From NCBI GenBank assembly GCA_964502615.1, contig CAZCXF010000001.1:151516-215515 (forward strand): DNA of 64,000 bases, in the 5' to 3' direction. Below, piece by piece: positions 19,548 to 28,104 of this stretch. This DNA comes from an uncultured Candidatus Saccharibacteria bacterium (GTDB taxonomy: Bacteria; Patescibacteriota; Minisyncoccia; Phycocordibacterales; UBA9973). The translations under genes were made by a program, and so were the position numbers. Position 1 is the first letter of the stretch. Every line of letters begins with the position of its first letter. The notes below the pieces were generated by a model. The model saw only the letters and a list, made by a program, of their open reading frames with translations, ran no database searches and was not told the DNA's origin.

Positions 19548-20450
19548 TTATCTTATTCCTGTATCAATATTTATATCCATATGGAACGTAGCATTTTTCT
19601 GAATCGTAACTGTCGCAGGTACGCCGAGAACAGTCGTTGGACGGAAAACTGGATTTACCAACTCAACATAGTAAACTCCTGCTGGAAGCGTAGCAGAGAA
19701 TCTACCATTTTGGTCTGGAGTAAGAGTTTTGACTAATACTTTTGGATCGCCTTTATATACAGCAACTTTTCTCTCTGCAAACATTTGAGGTGTAGGTTTA
19801 CAAGGGTTATCTATCCTCTCCACAGGACAAATCGGACCGATAGTCATAGTCCCATCTAGAGTACCACTCGCGACTGCTTCTTTGGCATTATTTGAAACAG
19901 AAAATTCAAAAACATAATCTCCCTTATTTATTATCAAGTTTGAAATAGCGGGTGGGTTTACTGTAATCAGTGTTATCTTTTTATCTCCAAAAACTACTGA
20001 GTTTCCAAAAGATAATTCTGAAGTTCGAGTTGTGTTACCAGGACTCTCAAGTTTTACTTTTACTCTAACTGTACCCTTCCATATACAATTTACTCCCGAA
20101 GGACAACGACTATCCTCAACGACTTCAAGCGGAGTAACGCTCATTCCAGCTATAACAACTTTTTTGTTTATCGTAGTAAATTTGCTACCTAGAACTTCTT
20201 CTTTTTTTACAACAACTTCATCTTCTACTTTTGGTTGTGGAGCAGGAGGACATTCAGCAAATTGGCATTGTGCTCCAAACCTATATACAGAGCTACCGTC
20301 TGGGCAGAGTTTTGCCTCTTGTGTACAAGCTACGATTTTAGTCGACTGGTTCTTTTTGTTTTGAGTAAGGATGAGAGTGGCTATTATGATAAATAGAATA
20401 AGCGCCCCTACGTACATAAAAAGCCTTCTCATGTTTTTCTTGTCTTTCAT
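19548..20450 (-). CDS. Hypothetical secreted protein (N-terminal signal anchor, Cys-rich N-terminal segment)
   Basis: ORF with an N-terminal hydrophobic segment. Confidence 0.5.
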   Translation of the reverse strand: MKDKKNMRRLFMYVGALILFIIIATLILTQNKKNQSTKIVACTQEAKLCPDGSSVYRFGAQCQFAECPPAPQPKVEDEVVVKKEEVLGSKFTTINKKVVIAGMSVTPLEVVEDSRCPSGVNCIWKGTVRVKVKLESPGNTTRTSELSFGNSVVFGDKKITLITVNPPAISNLIINKGDYVFEFSVSNNAKEAVASGTLDGTMTIGPICPVERIDNPCKPTPQMFAERKVAVYKGDPKVLVKTLTPDQNGRFSATLPAGVYYVELVNPVFRPTTVLGVPATVTIQKNATFHMDINIDTGIR

Positions 20451-20549
20451 GAGTTTATTATACCATTTATAAAAATAGCATAAAGGACTTTGCTATCAAC
20501 GATAAATGAAGTACAATAGGCTTATTATAAAATAAACAATTTAAACAAA

Positions 20550-20678
20550 ATGGCAAAAAGAGCTACATCACTTCATCCTCACAAGAAATCTAAACATTCT
20601 CGAAAGACCAAGAAAAGACTTGCTATCAAGAAAGAAATGCTTGCAAAAAAGGCTGCTAGTAGAAAAAAGAAGAAGTAA
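20550..20678 (+). CDS. 42-aa highly basic small protein (Lys/Arg-rich), unannotated in the ORF track
   Basis: ATG at 20550 to TAA at 20676..20678, immediately followed by a strong hairpin plus T-run terminator. The protein is about 45% K/R/H. Confidence 0.35.
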   Translation: MAKRATSLHPHKKSKHSRKTKKRLAIKKEMLAKKAASRKKKK

Positions 20679-20680
20679 TC

Positions 20681-20709
20681 AAAATCCCCGACAAACGTCG
20701 GGGATTTTG
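20681..20709. terminator. Bidirectional rho-independent terminator
   Basis: AAAA-TCCCCGAC-aaac-GTCGGGGA-TTTT: an 8-bp GC-rich stem flanked by an A-run and a T-run. It terminates the small basic ORF on the plus strand and the 20717..20947 ORF on the minus strand. Confidence 0.8.
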
Positions 20710-20716
20710 ATTTTGG

Positions 20717-20947
20717 TTATCCAAGCATTGCCTTTTGAATCTCAGCTTGATATTTGCGCATGACTTGCATTGTAGCCGTCATTTCACTAGTACCACTCTT
20801 TGTTAGAACTTTGACCTCATCTCCAATCTTCTTGAAGAGCTCAGGATTTTCATTTATAAGCTTGATAAACATATCTTGCTGAGCTTTAGGCAAGTTTTTC
20901 ATCTTGGCACGTATTAATTTTTCAGTTAAAAAACTTTTGATTGACAT
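20717..20947 (-). CDS. Hypothetical small protein (76 aa)
   Basis: ORF whose stop is directly followed by the bidirectional terminator. Confidence 0.45.
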   Translation of the reverse strand: MSIKSFLTEKLIRAKMKNLPKAQQDMFIKLINENPELFKKIGDEVKVLTKSGTSEMTATMQVMRKYQAEIQKAMLG

Positions 20948-21045
20948 CCCTTTTTTATATCATAAAAAGTGCTATTATGCGAGTGTTGGGAAGCTTATGA
21001 AAATTAGCTTCTTTCAAAAAGCACACATAATTTACTGGTGAAAAT

Positions 21046-22029
21046 TTGCTCTGCTCGCGCCGTCGCGCTGCGCAAGACTTTTTTCAAGAACTAATTTTCA
21101 TGCGCTCAAATACTAAAATCAAATCTAAGATTATTGTTGTTCTCGGTCAAACTGCCACTGGTAAGAGCGATTTTGCAGTGGAATTGGCAAAGAAAGTAGG
21201 AGGCGAGATAATCTCTGCTGATTCAAGACAAGTATATAAAGGTATGGATCTAGGTACTGGAAAAATTACAAAGAAAGAGATGCGAGGTATTCCCCACTAT
21301 TTGCTTGATGTTGCTTCTCCAAAAAAAGTTTTCTCTGTGAGTGATTTTAAGAAACTAGCTGATAAAAAAATTGAAGATATTATTGCTCGAGGTAAAACTC
21401 CGATAATCTGTGGTGGCACAGGATTCTATATAGACGCAGTCGTTGATGGGAATATTCTTCCAGAAGTACCACCAAACAAAAAACTAAGATCAACACTAGA
21501 AAAAAAATCTCCTGAGAAACTTTTAGAAATATTAAAGAAATTTGATAAAAGTCGTGCAAAAAATATCGACGCTAAAAACAAAGTTAGGCTTATCCGTGCG
21601 ATCGAGATAGCAAAGGCTCTAGGAAAAGTCCCTAAAATAAAATCACAATCAAAATACGAAGTAACAAAAATAGGCCTAACTCTACCAGATGAAATACTAA
21701 AAGATAAAATCAAAAATCGCTTACTTGCTCGAATAAAAAAGGGAATGCTTCGGGAAATTAAAAAGCTACACGAGAGTGGTGTATCTTGGAAACGCATGGA
21801 GATGCTGGGACTCGAATACCGATACGGAGCACTGTATTTGCAAAGTAAAATATCTAAGCAAGAAATGATTGAGAAATTAAACACCGAAATCTGGCACTAC
21901 GCCAAACGCCAAAAGACATGGTTTAAAAGAGATAAAAATACAAATTGGATAGATGCAAGAAATTTAAAAACTATATATCAAACTCCCTTATTTCAACATT
22001 TTTTGCTGGTTCAAAAGGTCCACCTTTAA
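21046..22029 (+). CDS. miaA: tRNA dimethylallyltransferase (MiaA)
   Basis: 'IIVVLGQTATGKSDFAVELAKKVGGEIISADSRQVYKGMDLGTGK' P-loop and DMAPP-binding region. The likely true start is the internal Met near 21100. Confidence 0.9.
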   Translation: MLCSRRRAAQDFFQELIFMRSNTKIKSKIIVVLGQTATGKSDFAVELAKKVGGEIISADSRQVYKGMDLGTGKITKKEMRGIPHYLLDVASPKKVFSVSDFKKLADKKIEDIIARGKTPIICGGTGFYIDAVVDGNILPEVPPNKKLRSTLEKKSPEKLLEILKKFDKSRAKNIDAKNKVRLIRAIEIAKALGKVPKIKSQSKYEVTKIGLTLPDEILKDKIKNRLLARIKKGMLREIKKLHESGVSWKRMEMLGLEYRYGALYLQSKISKQEMIEKLNTEIWHYAKRQKTWFKRDKNTNWIDARNLKTIYQTPLFQHFLLVQKVHL

Positions 22030-22513
22030 AGTTGGAATGAAAAAATCTAATTATCCCCCCATGTGCAACTAAAAGTATAGAATCATCTTCCGAATGATCT
22101 TTTTTTATCTTTTCCAAAAATGATAAAACTCTTTCTTTTATATCTTCTACTCGTTCACCATTATATGGCCTAAAATCATAATTTTGATCAATATATGATT
22201 GCCATAAATGTTTTCCATATTTTTCATTATGTTCACTCCATGTTTTACCATTTAAATCACCAAAGTTAACTTCTCTTAACTCAGGATGATATGATATATC
22301 AAGCTTTAATTTTTCATTTAAAATATCTGCAGTTTGTCGTGTGCGTAACATATCAGAAGAATATATCCTAGATATATTTTTAGGTATTTTCTCGATTGCT
22401 TTTTTTATATCATCTATACCATCAGAAACTAGTGCCTCATCTCTACTTTGTCCATTTATTATCTTAAGTTGATTAGATGGTACTAATCCGTGCCGAATTA
22501 TATAAATTTTCAT
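21971..22513 (-). CDS. Histidine phosphatase family protein (phosphoglycerate-mutase-like)
   Basis: N-terminal 'IYIIRHG' RHG motif and a C-terminal 'LLVAHGG' region. Confidence 0.75.
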   Translation of the reverse strand: MKIYIIRHGLVPSNQLKIINGQSRDEALVSDGIDDIKKAIEKIPKNISRIYSSDMLRTRQTADILNEKLKLDISYHPELREVNFGDLNGKTWSEHNEKYGKHLWQSYIDQNYDFRPYNGERVEDIKERVLSFLEKIKKDHSEDDSILLVAHGGIIRFFHSNFKGGPFEPAKNVEIREFDI

Positions 22514-22515
22514 AG

Positions 22516-22586
22516 CGGGCGATGAAGGAATCGAACCCTCGCCAACGGTTTTGGAGACCGTTGTACTACCACTATACTAATCGCCC
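22516..22586 (-). tRNA. tRNA-Trp (anticodon CCA)
   Basis: Hand-folded cloverleaf: acceptor GGGCGAT/ATCGCCC, anticodon stem ACGGT/ACCGT with loop CUCCAAA, T-arm GAGGG-TTCGATT-CTTTC. Confidence 0.85.
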
Positions 22587-22621
22587 AATGTGGCTAGTAT
22601 ACACTTTTTAGCTTTATTTTC

Positions 22622-22656
22622 AATAAAAAATACCTCGTTATGAGGTATTTTTTATT
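22622..22656. terminator. Rho-independent terminator downstream of rpmG
   Basis: AAAAAATACCTC-gttat-GAGGTATTTTTT, a symmetric hairpin with T-runs on both strands. Confidence 0.75.
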
Positions 22657-22658
22657 GT

Positions 22659-22823
22659 TTATCCAGTTATTTTTGCTTCTTTGTGTTTCGTATTTTTCTT
22701 GCAAGTCTTGCAGAATTTCTTCATTTCAAGCTTTTTTGTAACGAGTTTTTTGTTCTTACTGGTAAAGTAATTGCCGTTTTTGCAGACAGTACATTTAAGT
22801 TTTAGTAAACGATCTTGTGACAT
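22659..22823 (-). CDS. rpmG: 50S ribosomal protein L33 (bL33), not present in the supplied ORF track
   Basis: Translation 'MSQDRLLKLKCTVCKNGNYFTSKNKKLVTKKLEMKKFCKTCKKNTKHKEAKITG' (54 aa). It has the CxxC...CxxC zinc ribbon and the 'KNK...LE.KK(F/Y)C..C.K...HKE.K' L33 signature. Confidence 0.85.
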   Translation of the reverse strand: MSQDRLLKLKCTVCKNGNYFTSKNKKLVTKKLEMKKFCKTCKKNTKHKEAKITG

Positions 22824-22862
22824 AGTGGGTATAGGATACTATAAAAGGGCTTAAATTGCAAG

Positions 22863-23996
22863 CTAAGCGACAACCTTGGGTAAAAGTGGACTTATCCTAG
22901 TGGTTACTTCGTAGTTTATAGTGCCAGTTTTACTAGCTATATCGCAAGCATCTATGGTAAGGCCTTTTTGGGTGCCTATAATTACCACTTCACTCCCCGG
23001 CTTTACTCCTTTTATATCTGTAATATCAACTACTATCATATTCATGGCTACTCTACCTATAATCTTTGCAAATTTGCCATTTATTAATACCTCTCCATTG
23101 TTTGAAGATGCACGAACAATACCATTTGAATATCCTTGAGGAATAACTGCTGTTGTTGTATTTTTTCTTGTTGTATATGAAGTCCCGTAACCAATAGATT
23201 CACCAATTGGGATATTTTTTACTTGAGCAACGTGAGTGATGTATTTCATTACTGGCTTGAGCTCTATTTTTCTTTTCCAAATTTTCTCAAGTTCTTTGCT
23301 TGGCCACATTCCGTATAATCCTACGCCAACTCGAACTATATTGTTGTATCCTTTCCACTTTTCATATGCGAGAACTCCAGATGTTGCGGAAATATGAGTC
23401 TTGATATTTTTGTAGCTATTGTCTTTGAAGAGCTTTACTACATCTTCATAATCTTTTATCTGCTTAGAAGCATAAGTAAAGTCAGTAGTATCTTCGATAT
23501 TTGCAAAATGAGCATAGACTCCATCGATAGATAAATTTTTCATAGTTTTAATTTCTTTCAAAAATGTAGGAATCTGAACTGGAAGTAGTCCTTCACGTCC
23601 TAAGTGTGAATCAATCGCAACATGAACTTTTTGTTTTATACCAAGTTTTCTCGCAAATTCATTTATAAGTAACGCGTGATGTAAATCAAACACAGTCAAA
23701 ATGCAACCGAGCTTGATAGCTTTTTTAATATCATCTTTTTGTACATATCCGAGCAAAAGTATTGGTTTTTTTGTAACCGGCTTAATTTTTTCTAATTCTT
23801 CAATGCTGTTTATTTGGAAGTAATCTACATATGAATTTAAAACTTTAACAACCTCCACATCACCATGGCCATATGCATTTGCCTTGACTACTCCTGCGAT
23901 CTTTGTACCCTTGTGAACAATACGCCTAAACTGCTTGATATTGTGTATCAAATTTTTCTTAGAAATTTCTATATAAGAAAGGGGTAAATTCTTCAT
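22863..23996 (-). CDS. alr: Alanine racemase
   Basis: 'AGVVKANAYGHG' PLP-lysine motif, 377 aa. Confidence 0.9.
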   Translation of the reverse strand: MKNLPLSYIEISKKNLIHNIKQFRRIVHKGTKIAGVVKANAYGHGDVEVVKVLNSYVDYFQINSIEELEKIKPVTKKPILLLGYVQKDDIKKAIKLGCILTVFDLHHALLINEFARKLGIKQKVHVAIDSHLGREGLLPVQIPTFLKEIKTMKNLSIDGVYAHFANIEDTTDFTYASKQIKDYEDVVKLFKDNSYKNIKTHISATSGVLAYEKWKGYNNIVRVGVGLYGMWPSKELEKIWKRKIELKPVMKYITHVAQVKNIPIGESIGYGTSYTTRKNTTTAVIPQGYSNGIVRASSNNGEVLINGKFAKIIGRVAMNMIVVDITDIKGVKPGSEVVIIGTQKGLTIDACDIASKTGTINYEVTTRISPLLPKVVA

Positions 23997-24050
23997 TATA
24001 GAGATTATTCTAGCATTTTAAGTATATTTTGGTATACTAGCCGAGTGTAT

Positions 24051-24132
24051 GCCGGAGTGGCGGAATTGGTAGACGCGCACGACTCAAAATCGTGTCTCGC
24101 AAGGGGTGAGAGTTCGATTCTCTCCTCCGGCA
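24051..24132 (+). tRNA. tRNA-Leu (anticodon CAA), type II with a long variable arm
   Basis: Acceptor GCCGGAG/CTCCGGC, anticodon stem CACGA/TCGTG with loop CUCAAAA, T-arm GAGAG-TTCGATT-CTCTC. Confidence 0.85.
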
Positions 24133-24137
24133 CAAAT

Positions 24138-25157
24138 TTAGACAAACTCAGGTTCGGGTTCAAGTGTGATCCCAAATTTTTCGTGTACTATTTTTATTAT
24201 TTCATCTTTTACTTTTGTTACATCCGCACGAGTTGCCTTACCATTGTTTACTAAAACTAGAGCGTTGTTTTTATATATGGAGATAGGGCCAAAATCTTTA
24301 CCTTTTAGTCCTGCAGTTTCAATAAGGAAACCTGCTGGTACTTTTACCAAATCCCCACTTGGAAACAAAGTAACGCTTGGATACTTTTTCTTTAGATCAC
24401 TTGCCACAGTTTTACTAACCATAGGATTTTTGAAAAATGATCCAGCATTTGATATTTCGTTTGGGTCTGGTAGTTTATTTTTCCTTATATCAATAATTGC
24501 TTCACGTATTTGAAGTAAAGTAGGATTATTTATATTTTTCTCTAAGAAATATTTTTTAACTCCTGGGTAGTTAGGTATAGATGGTGCTCGTTTTGAAAGC
24601 CTAAGAGTGACAGCTGTTATGACATATCGTCCTTTAGCCTCTCCTTTAAAGATACTATTCCTATACGAAAAACCACACTCGCTATTTGAAAGTGTTTTTA
24701 ATTTATTGTCTTTTGTATCAAAAACATCAACAGACACTAGGGTATCTTTTATCTCCTGTCCATAAGCTCCTACATTCTGTACTGGAGTTGCTCCAGTAGT
24801 ACCTGGAATAGCAGACATAGCTTCAATACCTGAGAGTCCTACTGCGACAGCACAACTAACAGCATAATCCCAACTCTCCCCTGCTCCAATTTTTAAATCA
24901 GCATATTCCTCTGTTTCGTTTACAAGTTCAAAATTACAAAATTCAATCTTTACAACAACACATTCAAATACTCCGTCAGGAAAAACCATATTTGATCCTC
25001 CACCCAATATATGTACGGGTAAATTTTTTTCTTTAGCAAAACTATAAACTTCTGGAAGTTCTTCTGGTACAGAAACTTCTATAAAATATCTAAACTTACC
25101 TCCAACTTTAAAAGTAGTGTGTTCTCTGATATCCACATGTTCCTGTACTTCAATCAT
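24138..25157 (-). CDS. murB: UDP-N-acetylenolpyruvoylglucosamine reductase (MurB)
   Basis: FAD-binding N-terminus 'EHTTFKVGGKFRYFIEV...LGGGSNMVF' and a MurB C-terminal domain. Confidence 0.9.
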   Translation of the reverse strand: MIEVQEHVDIREHTTFKVGGKFRYFIEVSVPEELPEVYSFAKEKNLPVHILGGGSNMVFPDGVFECVVVKIEFCNFELVNETEEYADLKIGAGESWDYAVSCAVAVGLSGIEAMSAIPGTTGATPVQNVGAYGQEIKDTLVSVDVFDTKDNKLKTLSNSECGFSYRNSIFKGEAKGRYVITAVTLRLSKRAPSIPNYPGVKKYFLEKNINNPTLLQIREAIIDIRKNKLPDPNEISNAGSFFKNPMVSKTVASDLKKKYPSVTLFPSGDLVKVPAGFLIETAGLKGKDFGPISIYKNNALVLVNNGKATRADVTKVKDEIIKIVHEKFGITLEPEPEFV

Positions 25158-25165
25158 ATTGCAAT

Positions 25166-25183
25166 TATATCATATATGATATA
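25166..25183. promoter_or_regulatory. Perfect 18-bp palindrome TATATCATA|TATGATATA in the divergent murB/HTH-murA promoter region
   Basis: Read directly from the sequence. It lies 42 nt upstream of the HTH-murA ATG. Confidence 0.4.
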
Positions 25184-25224
25184 TAGTGAGCAAATAATAG
25201 CCTAGTGGATTATTAGCAAACAAT

Positions 25225-26736
25225 ATGAAAAAGCAAAAGGAGCAGGAAAAAATAGGGTTTTTTATAAAAGAGCTACGTGAGAGGCGTGGGCTCACCCAAG
25301 GTGCATTTGCAAAAGAATTAGGTACATCTCAGAGTGCTGTAGCACGTATGGAAAAAGGAGACCAAAATTTCAGCACTGAACTATTATCAAAAATCAGTGA
25401 TATTCTTGAACATCAAATAGTTTCAATAAATAATTCGATAGATTTTCAAATTGTCGGTGGTAAAAAATTGCACGGTAGTATTACAACAAACTTTTCTAAA
25501 AATGGTTCAGTTGGACTTCTTTGCGCATCCCTACTAAACAAAGGCAAAACTACTCTTCATGGAATTGCTCGTATTGAAGAAGTTTATAGAGTAATTGAAA
25601 TACTAGAGAGTATTGGGGTAAGCGTTAAATGGATTGATAGAAATTCTGTCCAGATAGTTCCACCTAAAAAGCTAACTCTTGATAAAATAAACGTAGAATC
25701 TGCTATAAAAACCCGCTCTGTGATTATGCTTATTGGGCCACTTATTCATTTACTTCCGACATTCTCTATCCCCCATGCATCTGGTTGCAAGCTTGGCAAA
25801 CGCACAATTTCAGCTCATACATATGCATTGGAAGATATTGGTGTAAAAATTAAAACAACAAACTCAACTTATGAGATAGGAGCTCAAAAATTGAATCCAG
25901 CAAATATTGTAATGTATGAAGCTGGTGACACTGCATGTGAAAATATTCTTACAGCTGTTGCTAAAGTACCTGGAAAAACAACTATATCATTTGCTAGTGG
26001 TAACTATATGGTTCAAGAGATCTGTTTCTTCATTGAAAAACTAGGGATAAAAATCGAAGGCATTGGTACAAGCACTATGATAGTACATGGGGTAAAAGAT
26101 ATAGATATGGATGTAGAATACTCAAATAGTGAAGACCCTATTGAATCCATGATGTTTATATCGGCAGCTATTGCCACAGATTCAGAGTTAACTATTACAA
26201 GATGTCCCATTGATTTCTTGTCGCTTGAACTTGAAAAACTAAAGAGAATGAATCTAAAATATAAAATACTAAAAAGTTATAAATCATATAATGGACGTAC
26301 TAACTTAATAGATATAAAAATAATGCCATCAAAACTAATCGCGCTTGATGATAAAATTCATGCTAACCCTTACCCTGGAATAAACATGGATAACCTTCCC
26401 TTCTTTGTACCTATTGCAATAAAAGCAAAAGGCCAAACTATGATACATGACTGGGTGTATGAGAACAGAGCAATATACTTTACAGAATTAAATAGGCTTG
26501 GAGCAGATGTTACCCTCGCTGATCCACACAGAGTATATATTCAAGGTGGTACACAATTGAAAGGAGCTCAGGTTGTTTGCCCTCCTGCCCTTCGTCCTGC
26601 GATGATCATATTGATTGGAATGCTTGGAGCACATGGAACTTCTGTATTACGTAACGTATATATGATCAGCCGAGGATATGAGGAAATAGCTGACAGACTT
26701 AACAAAATTGGTGCAGATATTACAATACTTAAGTAA
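25225..26736 (+). CDS. murA: HTH-XRE domain fused to UDP-N-acetylglucosamine 1-carboxyvinyltransferase (MurA)
   Basis: The first 75 aa or so, 'IKELRERRGLTQGAFAKELGTSQSAVARMEKGDQNFSTELLSKISDIL', form a classic HTH_3 domain. The rest aligns to MurA, including the catalytic Cys loop 'SGCKLGKRTISAH' and the C-terminal 'RNVYMISRGYEEIADRLNKIGADITILK'. Confidence 0.85.
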   Translation: MKKQKEQEKIGFFIKELRERRGLTQGAFAKELGTSQSAVARMEKGDQNFSTELLSKISDILEHQIVSINNSIDFQIVGGKKLHGSITTNFSKNGSVGLLCASLLNKGKTTLHGIARIEEVYRVIEILESIGVSVKWIDRNSVQIVPPKKLTLDKINVESAIKTRSVIMLIGPLIHLLPTFSIPHASGCKLGKRTISAHTYALEDIGVKIKTTNSTYEIGAQKLNPANIVMYEAGDTACENILTAVAKVPGKTTISFASGNYMVQEICFFIEKLGIKIEGIGTSTMIVHGVKDIDMDVEYSNSEDPIESMMFISAAIATDSELTITRCPIDFLSLELEKLKRMNLKYKILKSYKSYNGRTNLIDIKIMPSKLIALDDKIHANPYPGINMDNLPFFVPIAIKAKGQTMIHDWVYENRAIYFTELNRLGADVTLADPHRVYIQGGTQLKGAQVVCPPALRPAMIILIGMLGAHGTSVLRNVYMISRGYEEIADRLNKIGADITILK

Positions 26737-27320
26737 TGAACAAAAAAGAGAAATTGGATGAGCTAAATAACTACTGGAAAGAACACTGCTCATGTGAATT
26801 AAAAAAAACTGCAACTCAAGCGGTTTTTGGAAACGGTAATGCAAGTAGTGATATTGTATTTATAGGTGAAGCTCCTGGGAAAAATGAGGATATTGAGGGT
26901 ATCCCATTTGTCGGAGCTGCGGGAAAGTTCTTAAATGAAATGCTTGCAGATATAGGGATGAAACGTGAAGATATCTACATAACAAATATTGTAAAATACC
27001 GACCCCCGAACAACCGTGATCCAGAACCAGAAGAAAAGGAGGCATGTAATGAATGGCTCATAAATGAACTAAAAATAATAAATCCAAAACTTATTATATT
27101 TTTAGGTAGGCACTCTATGCTACGATTTTTCCCTACAGATAAGATATCTGAAGTACATGGAAAACTTTTAATAAAAAGTATAACTGAGCTTGGCAAGAAG
27201 CAAGCCTTTCTCCCCCTTTACCATCCTGCAGCTGCACTTTATAACGGTGGTATGCGAGAAACACTAAAGAAAGATTTCAAAAAAATTCCAAAAGCCTTAG
27301 AAAAAATTAAATCTTCTTAA
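26736..27320 (+). CDS. Uracil-DNA glycosylase, family 4
   Basis: 'GEAPGKNEDIEGIPFVGAAGKFLNEML' UDG-family-4 motif. Its start codon overlaps the murA stop (TAATG). Confidence 0.8.
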   Translation: MNKKEKLDELNNYWKEHCSCELKKTATQAVFGNGNASSDIVFIGEAPGKNEDIEGIPFVGAAGKFLNEMLADIGMKREDIYITNIVKYRPPNNRDPEPEEKEACNEWLINELKIINPKLIIFLGRHSMLRFFPTDKISEVHGKLLIKSITELGKKQAFLPLYHPAAALYNGGMRETLKKDFKKIPKALEKIKSS

Positions 27321-28089
27321 CTTCTAGACACATAAACATAGGTATTTCTTTACGAGCTATGTCTTCAGCTTTTTGGCGAGGACCTGTTTGGCTCTTTTTG
27401 TGAGATATCCATTCTTCGAGTCGTGTTATTGCAAAACCATTCTTTGAAAGTAATTTTACATAATATTGAAGTGGTCTATGGAAAGATATAGTTTTTATCT
27501 TCTTATGAGGATTTTTCTCGCCTGGTGTCATGTCAATAGAAATTTTTGATTCAGATAAATATTGTCCTACTTTTCTGTATTGAACTCCATTTTCAAAAAG
27601 CCAGTCACTCCCCTGGGGAATCCTAAAGCTAGGATGATTTAAAACTAAAACAATACGGCCGTTATTTTTCAAAATTCTTTTACATTCTGCAAAAACATCA
27701 CTAACATTTTCAATATTTTGGATTGCTAAGATTATAACAATAACATCTACTGATAAATCCTTTAAAAATGAGGCTTTTTCAGCTTTTGAATTATAAAATC
27801 TAATTTCTTTAGGAGAGTTTTTAATAGCTGTTTCAATAAGCCTCTTTGATAAATCCGATCCTATTACTTGCGCTCCGCTTTTATAAAAAATATTTGAAAA
27901 ATACCCTTGCCCACAAGCAAGGTCATATACTAACTCTCCTTTTTTCAAATCAAGAATCCTGAGAATATTTGGTGCGATAACTTTTGTTTGATAGCTATCA
28001 CTATCTGTAGTAAGTAATTCGTCATACCAACTTGCAACTCTGTTCCAAGATGTGTCTGTCGGTTTTTTTGATGTTTTGTTTTTTTTCAT
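27307..28089 (-). CDS. Class I SAM-dependent methyltransferase
   Basis: 'VYDLACGQGYFSNIF...VIGSDLS' SAM-binding motif I. Confidence 0.75.
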   Translation of the reverse strand: MKKNKTSKKPTDTSWNRVASWYDELLTTDSDSYQTKVIAPNILRILDLKKGELVYDLACGQGYFSNIFYKSGAQVIGSDLSKRLIETAIKNSPKEIRFYNSKAEKASFLKDLSVDVIVIILAIQNIENVSDVFAECKRILKNNGRIVLVLNHPSFRIPQGSDWLFENGVQYRKVGQYLSESKISIDMTPGEKNPHKKIKTISFHRPLQYYVKLLSKNGFAITRLEEWISHKKSQTGPRQKAEDIARKEIPMFMCLEVKKI

Positions 28090-28104
28090 ATTCTTTAATT
28101 ATAT

